A DNA stretch of 64,000 nt. Source: Myxococcales bacterium (GTDB lineage Bacteria > Myxococcota_A > UBA9042 > JABWCM01 > BTVJ01). A program made the position numbers and the translations under genes. Location of the stretch: contig BTVJ01000009.1 in assembly GCA_045863395.1 (NCBI GenBank), positions 32,001 to 96,000 of the forward strand, given 5' to 3'. The notes under the pieces are model-generated. The model was not told the DNA's origin. It saw nothing but the letters and a program-made list of their open reading frames with translations, and ran no database searches. Positions within the stretch are counted from its first letter, which is position 1, and each line of letters starts with the position of its first letter. Below, one piece after another: positions 29,404-40,900 of this stretch.

Positions 29404-31874
29404 CCCTGGTGGCGCCGGGCCCCCGCTTCGTGGGGAGGGCGCGCGAGCTCGCCGCGCTGCGTGACGACCCCTCCCGCCTCGTCACCCTGTGGGGCCCCGG
29501 CGGCATCGGGAAGACGCGCCTCGCCCTCGAGCATGCGCGGCGGGAGGCGGGGGCGGCGCTGGTCGCGGACGCCGTCGAGGCGCGGGACACGGACGGGCTC
29601 GCCGCCGCGGTCGCGCGGGCGCTCGACGCTCACCTGGGCGCGGGGGACCCGGTGGCGCGCGTCGGCGCCCTGCTCGCCGCCCGCGGGGACGCGCTGCTGG
29701 TCGTCGACAACGCGGAGCAGGCGACCGCGGCCATCGGGCAGGCGGTCGCCGCGTGGCTGGAGGCCGCCCCGGCGCTGCGGGTGCTCGTCACGACGCGGGA
29801 GCGCCTCCGCCTGCCTGCGGAGCACGTCATCGAGGTCGGCCCGCTGCCGCTGCCCGACGCCGACGAGGACACGGACGCGACGGCCCTGCTCGTGGACCGG
29901 GTCCAGCGGGTCGCCCCGGGCTTCGCCGTGACGCCGGCGACCCGCGCCCGGGTGGCGGCGCTGCTCCGGGCCCTGGACGGGATCCCGCTCGCCATCGAGC
30001 TCGCCGCCGCGCGCTTCGACGTCCTCGGGCTCGACGGCCTGCTGGAGGGGGGGCTCCTCGACCTGGGCGCCCGGGGGCTGCCCGACCGGCAGAGCACGGT
30101 GCGGCGCGCCCTGGAGTGGTCCTGGGACCTGCTCGGCGACCCGGAGCGCCGCGCGCTGGCGTGGCTGTCGGTGTTCCGGGGCGGCTTCCATCCGTCCGCC
30201 GCCCTCGCCGTGCTGGGGGCCGGCGCCCTCGCCCCGCTCGGGGGGCTGCGCGACCGCTCGCTCCTGTGGTCCCGGGTGGACGACGAGGGGCGGGTGCGCC
30301 TCGGGCTGCTCGACGCGGTGCGTGCGTTCGCCGCCGAGCGCCTGGAGGCGAGCGGGGATGCAGCCGAGGCCGAGGCCCGGCACGCGACCTGGGTGCTCGG
30401 CGCGGCGGAGGGCTGGGTCGCGTTGGGGACGGCTGGTGTCCCGCGCCTCGAGGAGGAGCAGGCAAACCTGGTGGCCGTCCTCGAGCGGGCGGGCGGCACC
30501 GTCTCCGCTGGGGACGCGCTGCGGGCGGCCCTGGCGCTGGAGCCCGTGATGACGTCGCGCGGCCCCCTGGAGTCCTACCGTTCCTTCCTGTGCCGGGCGC
30601 TGGCGCTGGCGCCGGACCACGCCCTCGCGGGCCAGGGACGCCGGGCGCGGGGGCGGGCGGCGCACCTCCAGGGCCGGGCGGCGGAGGGGCACGCCGATCT
30701 GGAGGCGGCGATCACCGCGGCCCAGCGCGCAGGAGACCCGCCGGCAGAGGCAGACGCCCTCGCGGACCTGGGGGTCCTGTGCCAGAAGGAGCGGCGCCTG
30801 GACGAGGCGCGCGCCTGCTACGAGCGGGCCCTGGCGCTCCTCGGCCGCGAGCCCGCCGCCGTCGGCCAGGCCCGCGAGGGGCGCCTCCTCGGCAACCTGG
30901 CGGCGGTCCACCACGACGAGGGCCACCTGGATCAGGCGCGCGCCGCCTACGGCACGGCGCTGGAGCGCATCCGGGCGGCAGACGACCCGCGCCTGGAGGG
31001 AGTGTTCCTCGGGAACCTGGCGCTCCTCGACCAGGAGGCCGGCGACCTCGGCGCCGCGGAGGCCCGCCTGGACGCAGCCGTCCGCCTGCTCGCCGGGCGC
31101 GACCGCCGCCTGCAGGGCGTGGCCCGGGGCAACCTGGGCGCCGTGCTCTTGGAAGGGGGCCGCCTCGACGACGCGGAGGCAGCGCTCGTGGAGGCGGCGG
31201 CGACGCTGGCGTCCGTCGGCGACCAGCGCTCCCTCGGGCTGTGTGAGGCGCGCCTGGCGGCCCTCGACGCGGTGCGGGGGCGGACGCGGGACGCCCGGCA
31301 GCGGGCGGACGCGGCGCGCCTGCGCCTCGGCGCCATCGGGGATGCGGTGGCCCAGGGCGCGGCGCAGGTCGCCGAGGCGTGCGCGGAGGTGGCCGAGGCC
31401 GCCCGCGCGGTGGCGGAGGGCAAGGACGCGGGGGCGCTGCTGGCGCGGGCGCGGGCGAGGGTCACTGCGGTGGAGGCGGAGCGCTCCGACGACGTGCGGA
31501 CGCTGGTCCGCGTGCTGCGGCACATCGAGGCGCGCATCGGGGGCGCCTCGGAGTCCGCGCTGGAGGTGGGCCCCGAGGCGCAGTTCCTCTGCACCCCGGC
31601 GGGCCAGCGCGTGGACCTGGGCCGGCGCCACGCCCTGCGCGGCATGGTGCAGCGCCTGCTCCTGCACCGCACGGAGCAGCCCGGCGCGGGCCTGCCCCTC
31701 GAAGCGCTCCGCGAGGCCGGGTGGCCGGGCGAGCGCATGGCGCCGGAGTCGGGGGCGAACCGCGTGTACGTCGCCATCGCGACCCTGCGCAAGCTGGGCC
31801 TGGACGCGCTGCTGCTGCACGGCGAGGACGGCTACCGGCTGGACGAGCGCGTCCCGCTGCGGAGCGCCGACTGA
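29400..31874 (+). CDS. STAND-like (NB-ARC/AfsR-type) ATPase with TPR repeats and C-terminal wHTH-like domain
   Basis: [45 protein letters not shown] repeats, GWPGE...[15 protein letters not shown]...GYRLD. Confidence 0.88.
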   Translation: MTLVAPGPRFVGRARELAALRDDPSRLVTLWGPGGIGKTRLALEHARREAGAALVADAVEARDTDGLAAAVARALDAHLGAGDPVARVGALLAARGDALLVVDNAEQATAAIGQAVAAWLEAAPALRVLVTTRERLRLPAEHVIEVGPLPLPDADEDTDATALLVDRVQRVAPGFAVTPATRARVAALLRALDGIPLAIELAAARFDVLGLDGLLEGGLLDLGARGLPDRQSTVRRALEWSWDLLGDPERRALAWLSVFRGGFHPSAALAVLGAGALAPLGGLRDRSLLWSRVDDEGRVRLGLLDAVRAFAAERLEASGDAAEAEARHATWVLGAAEGWVALGTAGVPRLEEEQANLVAVLERAGGTVSAGDALRAALALEPVMTSRGPLESYRSFLCRALALAPDHALAGQGRRARGRAAHLQGRAAEGHADLEAAITAAQRAGDPPAEADALADLGVLCQKERRLDEARACYERALALLGREPAAVGQAREGRLLGNLAAVHHDEGHLDQARAAYGTALERIRAADDPRLEGVFLGNLALLDQEAGDLGAAEARLDAAVRLLAGRDRRLQGVARGNLGAVLLEGGRLDDAEAALVEAAATLASVGDQRSLGLCEARLAALDAVRGRTRDARQRADAARLRLGAIGDAVAQGAAQVAEACAEVAEAARAVAEGKDAGALLARARARVTAVEAERSDDVRTLVRVLRHIEARIGGASESALEVGPEAQFLCTPAGQRVDLGRRHALRGMVQRLLLHRTEQPGAGLPLEALREAGWPGERMAPESGANRVYVAIATLRKLGLDALLLHGEDGYRLDERVPLRSAD

Positions 31875-31984
31875 CGGCGCGTGGGGCCGCTCGGGGGGGC
31901 TGCGCCCGGCGCTCCTCGCCCCCCTCGGGACGCCGCCCGCGCCGCGGTTCCGCCCGGATTCCGCGCACCCCCGCGCCCGTCCCT

Positions 31985-32013
31985 TTGACCGGACGACCAC
32001 CCCACCCTACCCT
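31985..32013 (+). promoter_or_regulatory. Possible sigma70 promoter for frmA
   Basis: TTGACC-N17-TACCCT upstream of an AGGAGG RBS. Confidence 0.4.
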
Positions 32014-32035
32014 CGCCACCAACCAGGAGGCTCCC

Positions 32036-33145
32036 ATGGACGTCCGCGCAGCAGTCGCCTTCGAGGCAGGCAAGCCACTGAGCATCGAGACGGTGCAGCT
32101 CGAGGGCCCGCGTGAGGGCGAGGTCCTCGTAGAGATGAAGGCCACGGGCGTCTGCCATACGGACGCATATACCCTGTCCGGCGACGACCCCGAGGGCTTG
32201 TTCCCCGCCATCCTGGGGCACGAGGGCGCCGGCGTGGTCGTCGAGGTGGGGCCCGGCGTGCGGACCCTGAAGCGGGGCGACCACGTCATCCCGCTCTACG
32301 TGCCCGAGTGCCGCGAGTGCGAGTACTGCCTGAACCCCAAGACGAACCTGTGCCAGGCGATCCGGGCGACCCAGGGCCGGGGCCTCATGGCGGACGGGTC
32401 GAGCCGGTTCTCGTTCCAGGGCAAGCCGCTGCTGCACTACATGGGCTGCTCCACGTTCGCCAGCCACACGGTGGTGCCCGAGATTGCCCTCGCCCGCATC
32501 CGCGAGGACGCGCCCTTCGACAAGGCGTGCACCATCGGCTGCGGCGTGACGACGGGGCTCGGCGCGGTGATCAACACGGCGAAGGTGGAGCCGGGCGCGC
32601 GGGTGGTCGTGTTCGGGCTCGGCGGCATCGGGCTGAATGTCATCCAGGCCGCGCGCATGGTGGGCGCGCGCCAGATCGTCGGTGTGGACCTGAACCCCGG
32701 AAAGCAGGCGATGGCGCGGGCGTTCGGAATGACCGACTTCGTGAACCCGCGCGAGGTGAAGGGCGACCTGGTCGGGCACCTGGTGGAGCTGACCGGTGGG
32801 GGCGCGGACTACTCCTTCGAGTGCATCGGCAGCACGGCGACCATGCGCCAGGCCCTCGAGTGCTGCCACAAGGGCTGGGGGGTCTCGGTGATCATCGGGG
32901 TGGCGGGGGCGGGGCAGGAGATCTCCACCCGCCCGTTCCAGCTCGTCACGGGGCGCACCTGGAAGGGCACGGCCTTCGGTGGCGCGCGGGGGCGCACGGA
33001 CGTGCCGCGCATCGTCGACTGGTACATGGAGGGGCGCATCGACATCGACTCGCTGGTCACGCACACGATGCCGCTCGAGCGCATCAACGAGGCCTTCACC
33101 TTGATGCACGAGGGCACGTCCATCCGCAGCGTGGTGGTGTTCTGA
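32036..33145 (+). CDS. frmA: S-(hydroxymethyl)glutathione dehydrogenase / class III alcohol dehydrogenase
   Basis: [62 protein letters not shown]. Confidence 0.95.
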   Translation: MDVRAAVAFEAGKPLSIETVQLEGPREGEVLVEMKATGVCHTDAYTLSGDDPEGLFPAILGHEGAGVVVEVGPGVRTLKRGDHVIPLYVPECRECEYCLNPKTNLCQAIRATQGRGLMADGSSRFSFQGKPLLHYMGCSTFASHTVVPEIALARIREDAPFDKACTIGCGVTTGLGAVINTAKVEPGARVVVFGLGGIGLNVIQAARMVGARQIVGVDLNPGKQAMARAFGMTDFVNPREVKGDLVGHLVELTGGGADYSFECIGSTATMRQALECCHKGWGVSVIIGVAGAGQEISTRPFQLVTGRTWKGTAFGGARGRTDVPRIVDWYMEGRIDIDSLVTHTMPLERINEAFTLMHEGTSIRSVVVF

Positions 33146-33205
33146 GGGTCGCGGTGTCATCGGTTCGACCAACTGCCGCGCCGCGACGGCGCTCGTGAGG
33201 GACGG

Positions 33206-33985
33206 ATGAGACGAATCGTAGTGGTGGCGCTCCTGGCCGCCATGATCCCGGCGGGAGCGAGGGCAGAGGTGAAGACGAGGACGGTGGAGTACGAGCACGA
33301 CGGGGTCACGCTCGAGGGCCTCGTCGCGTGGGACGACGCGAGGCAGGGCAAGCGGCCCGGGGTGCTCATCGTTCACGACTGGATGGGCGTCGGCCCGTTC
33401 GTCGCGGAGCAGGCCGAGCGGCTTGCGCGAGACGGCTACGTCGCGTTCGCCGCCGACATCTACGGCAAGGGAGTGCGCCCCAAAGACACGAAGGAGGCCG
33501 CGGCGCAGGCGGGCAAGTACCGCGGTGACCGGGCGCTGCTGCGGGCGCGCGCCGCCGCGGGGTTGGCGGAGCTCCGCAAGAGCGAGCTCACGGGCAGCAA
33601 GGTGGCGGCCATCGGCTACTGCTTCGGCGGCGGCACGGTGCTGGAGCTGGCCCGGAGCGGCGCGGACGTGGCGGGCGTCGTCAGCTTCCACGGCAACCTC
33701 GACACCCCGAACGCAGCGGATGCCAAGAGCATCACGGGGAAGGTGCTGGTGCTGCACGGCGCGGACGACCCCTACGTGCCCGCCGATCAGGTCGCGGCCT
33801 TCGAGAAGGAGATGCGCGACGCGAAGGTGGACTGGCAGATGGTCCACTTCGGGGGCGCCGTGCACTCGTTCACGAACCCGCGGGCGGGCGACGACCCCTC
33901 GAAGGGCGCGGCGTATGACGAACGTGCGGCCCGGCGTGCCTGGGCGCACATGCAGCAGCTCTTCGCGGAGCTGTTCCCGCGGTAG
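33206..33985 (+). CDS. Dienelactone hydrolase family protein with signal peptide
   Basis: GYCFGG nucleophile motif, HGADDP, AVHSFTNP; N-terminal signal peptide. Confidence 0.92.
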   Translation: MRRIVVVALLAAMIPAGARAEVKTRTVEYEHDGVTLEGLVAWDDARQGKRPGVLIVHDWMGVGPFVAEQAERLARDGYVAFAADIYGKGVRPKDTKEAAAQAGKYRGDRALLRARAAAGLAELRKSELTGSKVAAIGYCFGGGTVLELARSGADVAGVVSFHGNLDTPNAADAKSITGKVLVLHGADDPYVPADQVAAFEKEMRDAKVDWQMVHFGGAVHSFTNPRAGDDPSKGAAYDERAARRAWAHMQQLFAELFPR

Positions 33986-34097
33986 CGGCGCGGGGGGCGC
34001 TGAGGCACTGGGAGTTCGGCACCGGGGCGGCTGACCACGAAGTGCTCACGCCCGCGCGCCGACGGCGAACGCGCTCGCTGGTCGACGGTTCCGCGTC

Positions 34098-34580
34098 TCA
34101 GGCTGTCACGCCGTCGAGGAATGACGCAAAAGCCTCCAGGTCGTCACGGAGCGCCGGCCAGGCCGCTTCGGCTGCATCGAGGACCTCGACGATTCGATCC
34201 GGGTCCCAGCTCACAGCGTAGGCGTGGCGCACGAAGTGGCGGAAGCGCAGCAGGCCGGCGAGTGACTGCGCCGTCTCGACGCGCAGCACGGGCGGGCGCA
34301 GGCCCGGCAGATCGAGGGCCATGTCGGACAGAAGCGCCTGGTGGCTGTCGCGTCCGGCAGGTAGCGATCCCTCCAGGGTGCGGCAGACGCGCTCGAAGGC
34401 AGACTCCAGCGCCGTATACGCGCGGTGCAGAGTGATCGCCGCGTAGCCGAGCACGACCGGATCCCCCGTAGCCATGACGGCCCTGCGAGAGGACAGGTCG
34501 TCGAGCAGCGACCGGAAGGTCGCCACGTCGCGGCCGACCTCGACGCGCAAGCGCAGCAGGGCGGCGCGGTCAGTCGACAT
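34098..34580 (-). CDS. HEPN-domain (HepT-like) RNase toxin
   Basis: LHRAYTALE, SHQALL, FRHFVRHAY (RX4HXY). Confidence 0.85.
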   Translation of the reverse strand: MSTDRAALLRLRVEVGRDVATFRSLLDDLSSRRAVMATGDPVVLGYAAITLHRAYTALESAFERVCRTLEGSLPAGRDSHQALLSDMALDLPGLRPPVLRVETAQSLAGLLRFRHFVRHAYAVSWDPDRIVEVLDAAEAAWPALRDDLEAFASFLDGVTA

Positions 34581-34932
34581 CCTGGCCCTCCGCGGCGATC
34601 AGGTCGCGGAGACTTGCCGGGGCGCGGTCCAACTCCACCAGGTCCACGTCCGCGTCGAGCAGCGCGGCCAGGCTCGCGACTGCCTCGAAGTACCGGCCGG
34701 GAGCGACGTGATCGACATAGAGATCCACGTCCGAGCCCTCGGCGAACCGCCCGCGCGCGAGCGACCCGAACACGCCGACGCGGGTCGCGCCGAAGCGTGC
34801 CCGCAGCAGGGCGGCCGCCTCGGGCAGCCGCGCGCACAGCGCCGAGGCCCGACGCGCCAGGGCGTCCCGGCGCTCCTCCTCCCTCTGGCGGTAGATGGCT
34901 GCATAACGGGCGATGGTCTCTCGGGCCTCCAT
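34570..34932 (-). CDS. Minimal nucleotidyltransferase (MntA-like antitoxin)
   Basis: VFGSLARGRFAEGSDVDL (GSX10DXD), VDLV; overlaps the HEPN start. Confidence 0.87.
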   Translation of the reverse strand: MEARETIARYAAIYRQREEERRDALARRASALCARLPEAAALLRARFGATRVGVFGSLARGRFAEGSDVDLYVDHVAPGRYFEAVASLAALLDADVDLVELDRAPASLRDLIAAEGQDVD

Positions 34933-35629
34933 GGCATCACCATACCCAGCGCGCAGGCGAACGGTCAACCGGCCGAGCACCCGTGACTCCTCTCGTGAGA
35001 CGAGCATCCGCCTCACACGTGCAGCATCTCGCCCTCGACCCCTTGGGCCGCCCCGGGCTGGATCGACTCCTGCCGGACGCTCCCCCGATGGGAGCTGGAG
35101 GCGCAACCCCAGCCCAGTCGAAGCCACCGGTTGTCACGGCAGACCACCTGCCGGGCTTCGGCACGCTCCGCTACAAGCTGCGCCGGCGAGCCGTCCAAGG
35201 TCACAGAGCGCCCGCGTCGCCGTCGCTCACCCGGGAGTGCGACCTGGTCGCCGAGGCGCTCCTGCTTCAGCAAGCCGCGGGCGAACGGGGACATGACCTG
35301 GTCGCCGTCTCTGCGTTCGTCACGCGCGCCGGCACCCGCTCCGACGTGCTCGCCCGCGACCGTAGAGCCCCCGGTCTGCTCTGCACCCCCGTGAGTGGCC
35401 CCTCGTTCCGCCTCGACCGCACCTGCATCGACCCATTGAAGGTCGTCCGCGGTGCGCCGCTGGTGATCCCGGCATGGGATGACGCGCGCGGGCGCTCGAT
35501 CCTCGCCCGCTGCACGAGCGTCGTAGAGACCGTGGAGCTGCGCTGAGTCCCGCGAGATTCGTCGGGCCGTGTCCTGTCTTCGCCCCAGGTGAAGGGTCTC
35601 CGTCATCGCCCGACCAGGACGGCGCTCGA

Positions 35630-37126
35630 TCACGCGGCAGGGCGACGTGGGACTCCCAGGAGTGCGGAGACCACGGCTTCCGGCAGCTTTCGGCGGTTCT
35701 GGAGCTGCCGGACGGCGAGCTCCCAGCCGACACCGAAGGTTTCGCAGAGGCCGGCCACCTCCGACGCGGCCTCATCGAGGCGGGTCCAGTAGTGTGAGAT
35801 CGCACGAGGGAGCGCAGTCTCCGGCAACAGCAGCTCCGCGGCGAACGCGTTGGCGACCCGCTCGGTCGGCGCCGGTGACCAGTCGCTCGTGCACTCGCCG
35901 AACATCCTGCGGTCGCTCGCATCGTAGAGCAGGTGGTAGAGTTCGTGCGCGAGCATGGCCCTCCGTCCCCAGGGGGTGGCTGTGCGAGGGCTGGCCCGGT
36001 TGGCGGCCACTACGCAGCCGCCCCCAGGATGCCAGAGGGCCACGCCGTCTGTACCCCGATCATCGAAGGTCACGTCGCACACCTCGCAGCCGAGCGTCCG
36101 CAACAGCGCCTCGATGTCCAGGCGCCCGGTCGGCCTCTTTCGGCATCGTCTCACATCGCCCGCCCGACAGTACCCGAGCGCTGAATCTCCGAGGAACGAG
36201 TCTACGCTGTCGGCCTTCAGGCGAGCGCGGAGCTTGGTCAGGCCGACCGCAGGAGAAGCCCCGCGGAGTCTCTTGCCGAGTTCAACCAGTGCTCGGTGGT
36301 CTGTCTCGGACCAGGTCGGGTTCGAAGATCGCGCAGCCATCGCGAGAGGGGAGTCCTCCCGATGGTCCGCGGTGCAACCGTCCAGCAGATAGTCCTGCAA
36401 CAGGTCCGTCGTGCTGCTGTTTCCCTCTGAACGGAGGGCGTTGACCACGGACGTCACAGACCGGCCAATCCTCGGGGCCAGCGCCTCGGGGCGCGAGGTC
36501 CATGGTGCTTCCATGGCGTCCGCCAGTTTCTCGATCACGATCCGCGACTCGGCGGACGGGCGCGCGCCGGCGATCCTGGAGGCGACCCTGCGGACGAAGT
36601 CCCTCATGGGACCGGCCACCGCTGATACGGGGAGGCGTGCCGTAGCGTGAGCGATGAATTGGAGGCCGAGTCCGGGGCGAGGTCGCTCATCGGGTCTCAC
36701 GCTGACGACCATGTGCTCGTCGCGTCACCAGAATATGGCATTGGGCAGAGCAATACCGTCGCCAACCGACAACAAGGACCGGCAGGAGAGCCACGCTTCG
36801 ATCTGCTCTTCGTGGTGGTCCCACTCGTCGTTGGAGAGACTCGCGAGCAAGGCGTGGGCATCCCGTGCCTCGCCAGCCCTGAGAGCCCCCTCCGACCAGC
36901 TCATCCGGTCCAGGCTTCGGGCCATCCAGATAGCCAACGAGGAGGCCGGCAGAAGCACACTATCGTGGATGTTGCCGTGCGAGGAGACGTGGCGCGTGAT
37001 GATCGAACTCTCTCACACGAGCGTGACGCTGGCCCAGGTGATGCGCTGCCCGTCGTCGGCAAGATCGGGACAGTCCTCCCACTCCCAGAGGATTGCGAAG
37101 TGCTCTTGGTCGCCCACCATCATCAT
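35630..37126 (-). pseudogene. Long ImmA/IrrE-family (M78) metallopeptidase interrupted by two in-frame TGA codons; the C-terminal 360 aa (35630-36712) remain open
   Basis: One frame from ATG 37126 to stop 35630 with TGA at 37013-37015 and 36725-36727; AHELYH and ERVANAFAAELLLP motifs. Confidence 0.75.
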
Positions 37127-37146
37127 GGCTTCGCACCGTGACGCGC

Positions 37147-37566
37147 TCACCTGGCGCGCTTGAGTCGGAGGGCGACCTCCTCATCGATCATCCCTGCGCT
37201 CTGCATCGCGTCGGCCACGGACCTGGGCACGTCGCCATCGTGAACCGGATAGCCCTTGTAGGTGTACGAAGCGGTGGCGATGTGGGGGCGCTCGGTCCGC
37301 TGCGCCGTGTAGAACTGCTGGCGCCCTGGCTCCCACCAATAGACATGGGGCGGATGGTCGGGGTGTGCCTCCTGATCGTCTGCGCTCCGCTCCACCCAGC
37401 ACGCGGTGCACGCAAGCGCCTGATGGAGCCATCGTGCCGGTTCGTCCGCGGCGATGTCCACGGGGCATGGGGTGAGCGCCGGCACCCGCTTTCGCCACTG
37501 CGCCGGTCCCCACGGACCCGGGTGCTGTTTGTGCTCGGAGCTGGGTCGATACACCGCTGGCGCCAT
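37147..37566 (-). CDS. Small toxin-like hypothetical protein upstream of ImmA/IrrE
   Basis: MAPAVYRPSSEHKQHP...TPCP...VYWW...YKGYP; ends 20 nt before the peptidase start. Confidence 0.5.
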   Translation of the reverse strand: MAPAVYRPSSEHKQHPGPWGPAQWRKRVPALTPCPVDIAADEPARWLHQALACTACWVERSADDQEAHPDHPPHVYWWEPGRQQFYTAQRTERPHIATASYTYKGYPVHDGDVPRSVADAMQSAGMIDEEVALRLKRAR

Positions 37567-37974
37567 CGTGCCCCTCGTGCAGCCAGGCGCGATCATGCCG
37601 GGCCGGACGCACGACCATACCGCAAGGCACCCAGGCGGGGCAATCGCCTCGCAAGGAGACGACGGGGGGCCTGCGCTGCGCCGACTCGGCAGGCTCCGCC
37701 CGCGCACCGCTGCTCCGCGGATACCGCTCGTCGAGGGTGCGCCACAGCTCATCGAAGTCCTGCGCTGCGGTCACCTTTCGCGGCGGCTCGGAGCACGCTC
37801 ATGACCTGAGCGCCAGTGGTGTCGCGAGCACAGCGGCGCGGAAGGTGCGGCGTGTCGTGCTGCTGACGGGGCGACCCTGTCTGGGTTCAAGCGCTACGTC
37901 GACGTGCGCCCTCCCATCCCTTGACCCGGGGAGCGCTCCGGCCCACAGTGGGGCGAACGCAGGAGGTTCCATCC

Positions 37975-40900
37975 ATGGTGGCGAGCATTGGGCGAAGGAT
38001 CGGTGTTGCTGTCCTCCTGCTGGCCCAGGCGGTCGCAGGCTCCTCCTGCGGCCCCAGCGATGACGCGGGCCGGGGCGCGGGGGCCGGCGCGGACGGAGGG
38101 GGCGACGCAAGCGACGGTGCGCTGTCCGACGCGAGCGGAGGTCCCGCGGTGGACGGGGTCTCCAGCGGAAGCGACTCCGGCGCGGGCGGCGCGGACGGCG
38201 GCGGCGCGGACGCAAGCGCGGGCACGGTCACCCCTCCCGCTGGCCTGGCTCGGCGTGTAGCCGCCATCGCCGCCGCGCACCCGACGGCCCGCCTGCGGTT
38301 CAGCCAGCGCTCCGGGACCCTGGTGTCCGTCGTGACGGAGCCCCCCGTGGTTCCGGAGACCCTCGCGCCCCTCGACGAGCCCCTCCCGCCGCTCCAGGCG
38401 ACGCTCGGCACGTCGCGGGCCGCCATGGCGAGCGCGGTGCTCGCCTTCCTGCGCGACAACGCGGGCGCGTGGGCGGGCGGCGAGGACGGCGCGCTGCGGT
38501 ACGCCTTTGCCCCCGACGCGCCGGAGACCAACATCAGGCTGCCCGTCGACGCGGCCAACCCGGACCTGGAGGGCTACGACCTGGCCGTGGACGACGACGG
38601 CCTCCGCTCGGTGCGCCTGGTCCAGACCTTCGAGGGCCGCCGGGTCCTCGACCGCTACGCCATCGGATGGCACGACGCGGAGGGCAACCTCCTCGGCCTG
38701 CTGACCCGCCTCTATCCGCTGCCCGAGGGGGGGACGGGCGCCCACGTCCTCGACGAGGCCGCCGCCCTGGCTGCCGTCGCGGCGGCGGACACCCTCGCGG
38801 CCCACGACGAGCGGCTCACGTGGGTCGCCGGCGCCCTGGAAGAGCCCGAGGTCGAGCAAGTCGCCGAGGCGGTCTGGGAGCCCGAGGCGCCCCACGCGCC
38901 CGACAGCCCGCTCATAGCCGTCTGGCAGGTACACGTGCGTTTGTTTGGGCGCGTGGCGCTCATCCGCCTCGATGCCGCAAGCGGCGCGGTCCGGCGCGCC
39001 ATGGACGTCTCGCCCTCGGACTGGGCCTCGGACGGCACCGCCGCGACGGTCGAGGCCGTAGACGAGATCGGCGCGCTTCACACCATCGCCTCCACGCTCC
39101 ACGAGGGCCGCTACACCATGGGCGTCAACGCGGCGTGGAAGGGCGGCGCCCCGCACTCACCGTTCGTCTCGCCGCGCTTCCTCGCCATCACCGACTCCCA
39201 GGAGGTGCCGAGCCGCGACCCAGCGATCATCACCGCCGACCCGCTCGACATCCCCGCGACAATCCTCGATGCGCCCAACACCTGGGCCATCGACCCGGTG
39301 TTTGCGGCCGGCGGCGCCCGCGAGGCGACCTCGCTCCTGCGGCACTTGGTGTTCGCGCTCGACTGGTGGGCGGCGGAGCCGCGCTCGTGGCGCGGCTGGG
39401 ACGGGCGCGGCGGCACCCTCTGGGCCGCGGTCAACGCGAACTTCAATGACCCGCACCCCGTCACGGGACTCCGCCCGCCGGACGTCAACGCCTACGGCGC
39501 CGGCGGCGGGATCTACATCGGAGACGGCAAGGACCCGGCCGGCAAGACCACCGCCTACTCCCGGGAGATTGTCGGGCACGAGCTCCTGCACAACGTGGTC
39601 GAGGCGATGGTCGGCCTCGCGTATCACGACGAGCCGGGCGCTCTGAACGAGGCCCTCGCCGACTTCTACGGCCAGGCGCTGACGGTCGCCGGCAACGACT
39701 TCGCCGACGATCTCATGGGAAATGACGACTACAGCTTCGGGCGAGACACGGTCAACCCGGGCGCTTCGGGACGCCCCGACCGGTACGCGAAGTATGTCCT
39801 GAAATCGGGGGACAGCGGCGGGGTGCATACGAACAGCGGCATCGTCAGCAAAGCCCTCGGCCTCCTGGTGCGAGACCAGCCGGCCTTCAACGGCGTCGAT
39901 GTCGCGCACAAGGGGTTCCTGGCGACGGAGGAGCTCGTGCGTAATGCCTGCCGCATGCGCGCCTTCGACTCCGAGACGGACCTCGAGGGCTTCGCCGTGG
40001 CGGTGACGGGAATCTGTCACCTCAAGGCGGCGCTCAAGGCCATCGCGCTCGGCCCCGGCCACCCGGCGATCTCGGGGGGCACCTACGAGGACCTGTGCCG
40101 TCAGGTCGAGAGGGCGTTTCAGGCCACGGACCTGCTCCCCGGGTCCTTCGATGCGGATCTTGCCGTGGTCCGGACGAACCTTGCCTCGATCAACAACTCC
40201 GGGGCACCCAATGGGCTGAGCGTGACGGTGGAGAACGCGGGCGCCACCGACCCGATGAACCTCGCCGCCTTCCAGGTCGCCGCCACGGGCGAGGGAGGCG
40301 CGGCGATGGAGCTTCCAAGCCCCGTGGTCTGGCCGACGAGTCTGGCCTCCACCAAGACCGTTTCGCCCGGGTCGCAGGCGACATTTGCGTTCGAGTTCGC
40401 CACCGGGTTCCTCGGGGCGACTCCGCTCGTAGCCCCCGTCGACCTCTGGTTCACGGTGCTCCCCGTCTCGAACCCCAACGCCGACGTGGACGTCTCGAAC
40501 AACGCCCGGCCGCTCCGTGTGCAGTCGGACTATATGGTCGGCGCGGCCCGGTGGAAGCCGGGCGGCGCCCAGAAGGGCTACACCGCGCAGCTCCTGAATC
40601 TGACGAGAGTCGGCACACCGGCCGGGCTCACGGGCGTCTACCTCGAGCGGTCGACTGCGCACGGGCCGCTGGTCCCCGTGACGGGGGCTCCCAGCGCGGA
40701 GGTCACGCTCCCGGCAGACTCTTGGGGCGGTCCAAGTTTCCCGTCGATCCCGCTGACCGGGGACGGCTGGTCGGAGCCGCCCGCCCCGATCCTGCTCCCC
40801 GCGGCGACCCCCTACCCGGCCTACCCGTCGTGGACCCACGGCCGCCCAGGGGTCATCGACTTCGACTCCCAGGGAGGCCTCGCCATGCTGGAGGGCGTGC

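Noticed and set aside
35013..35633. ORFs on both strands between MNT and ImmA, with faint transposase-like words (DRLLPDAP, LRYKLRR)
   Set aside because: No coherent motif set or convincing codon bias; a BLASTx would be needed.
36725..37015. Selenocysteine or genetic-code reassignment for the two in-frame TGA codons
   Set aside because: Many intact genes here terminate at TGA, the contexts are not redox motifs, and no clear SECIS-like hairpin was identified.
37700..37774. DFDELWRTLDERYP resembles the N-terminal part of S41 peptidases
   Set aside because: Too short, and the rest of the frame is not protein-like; at best an unidentifiable remnant.
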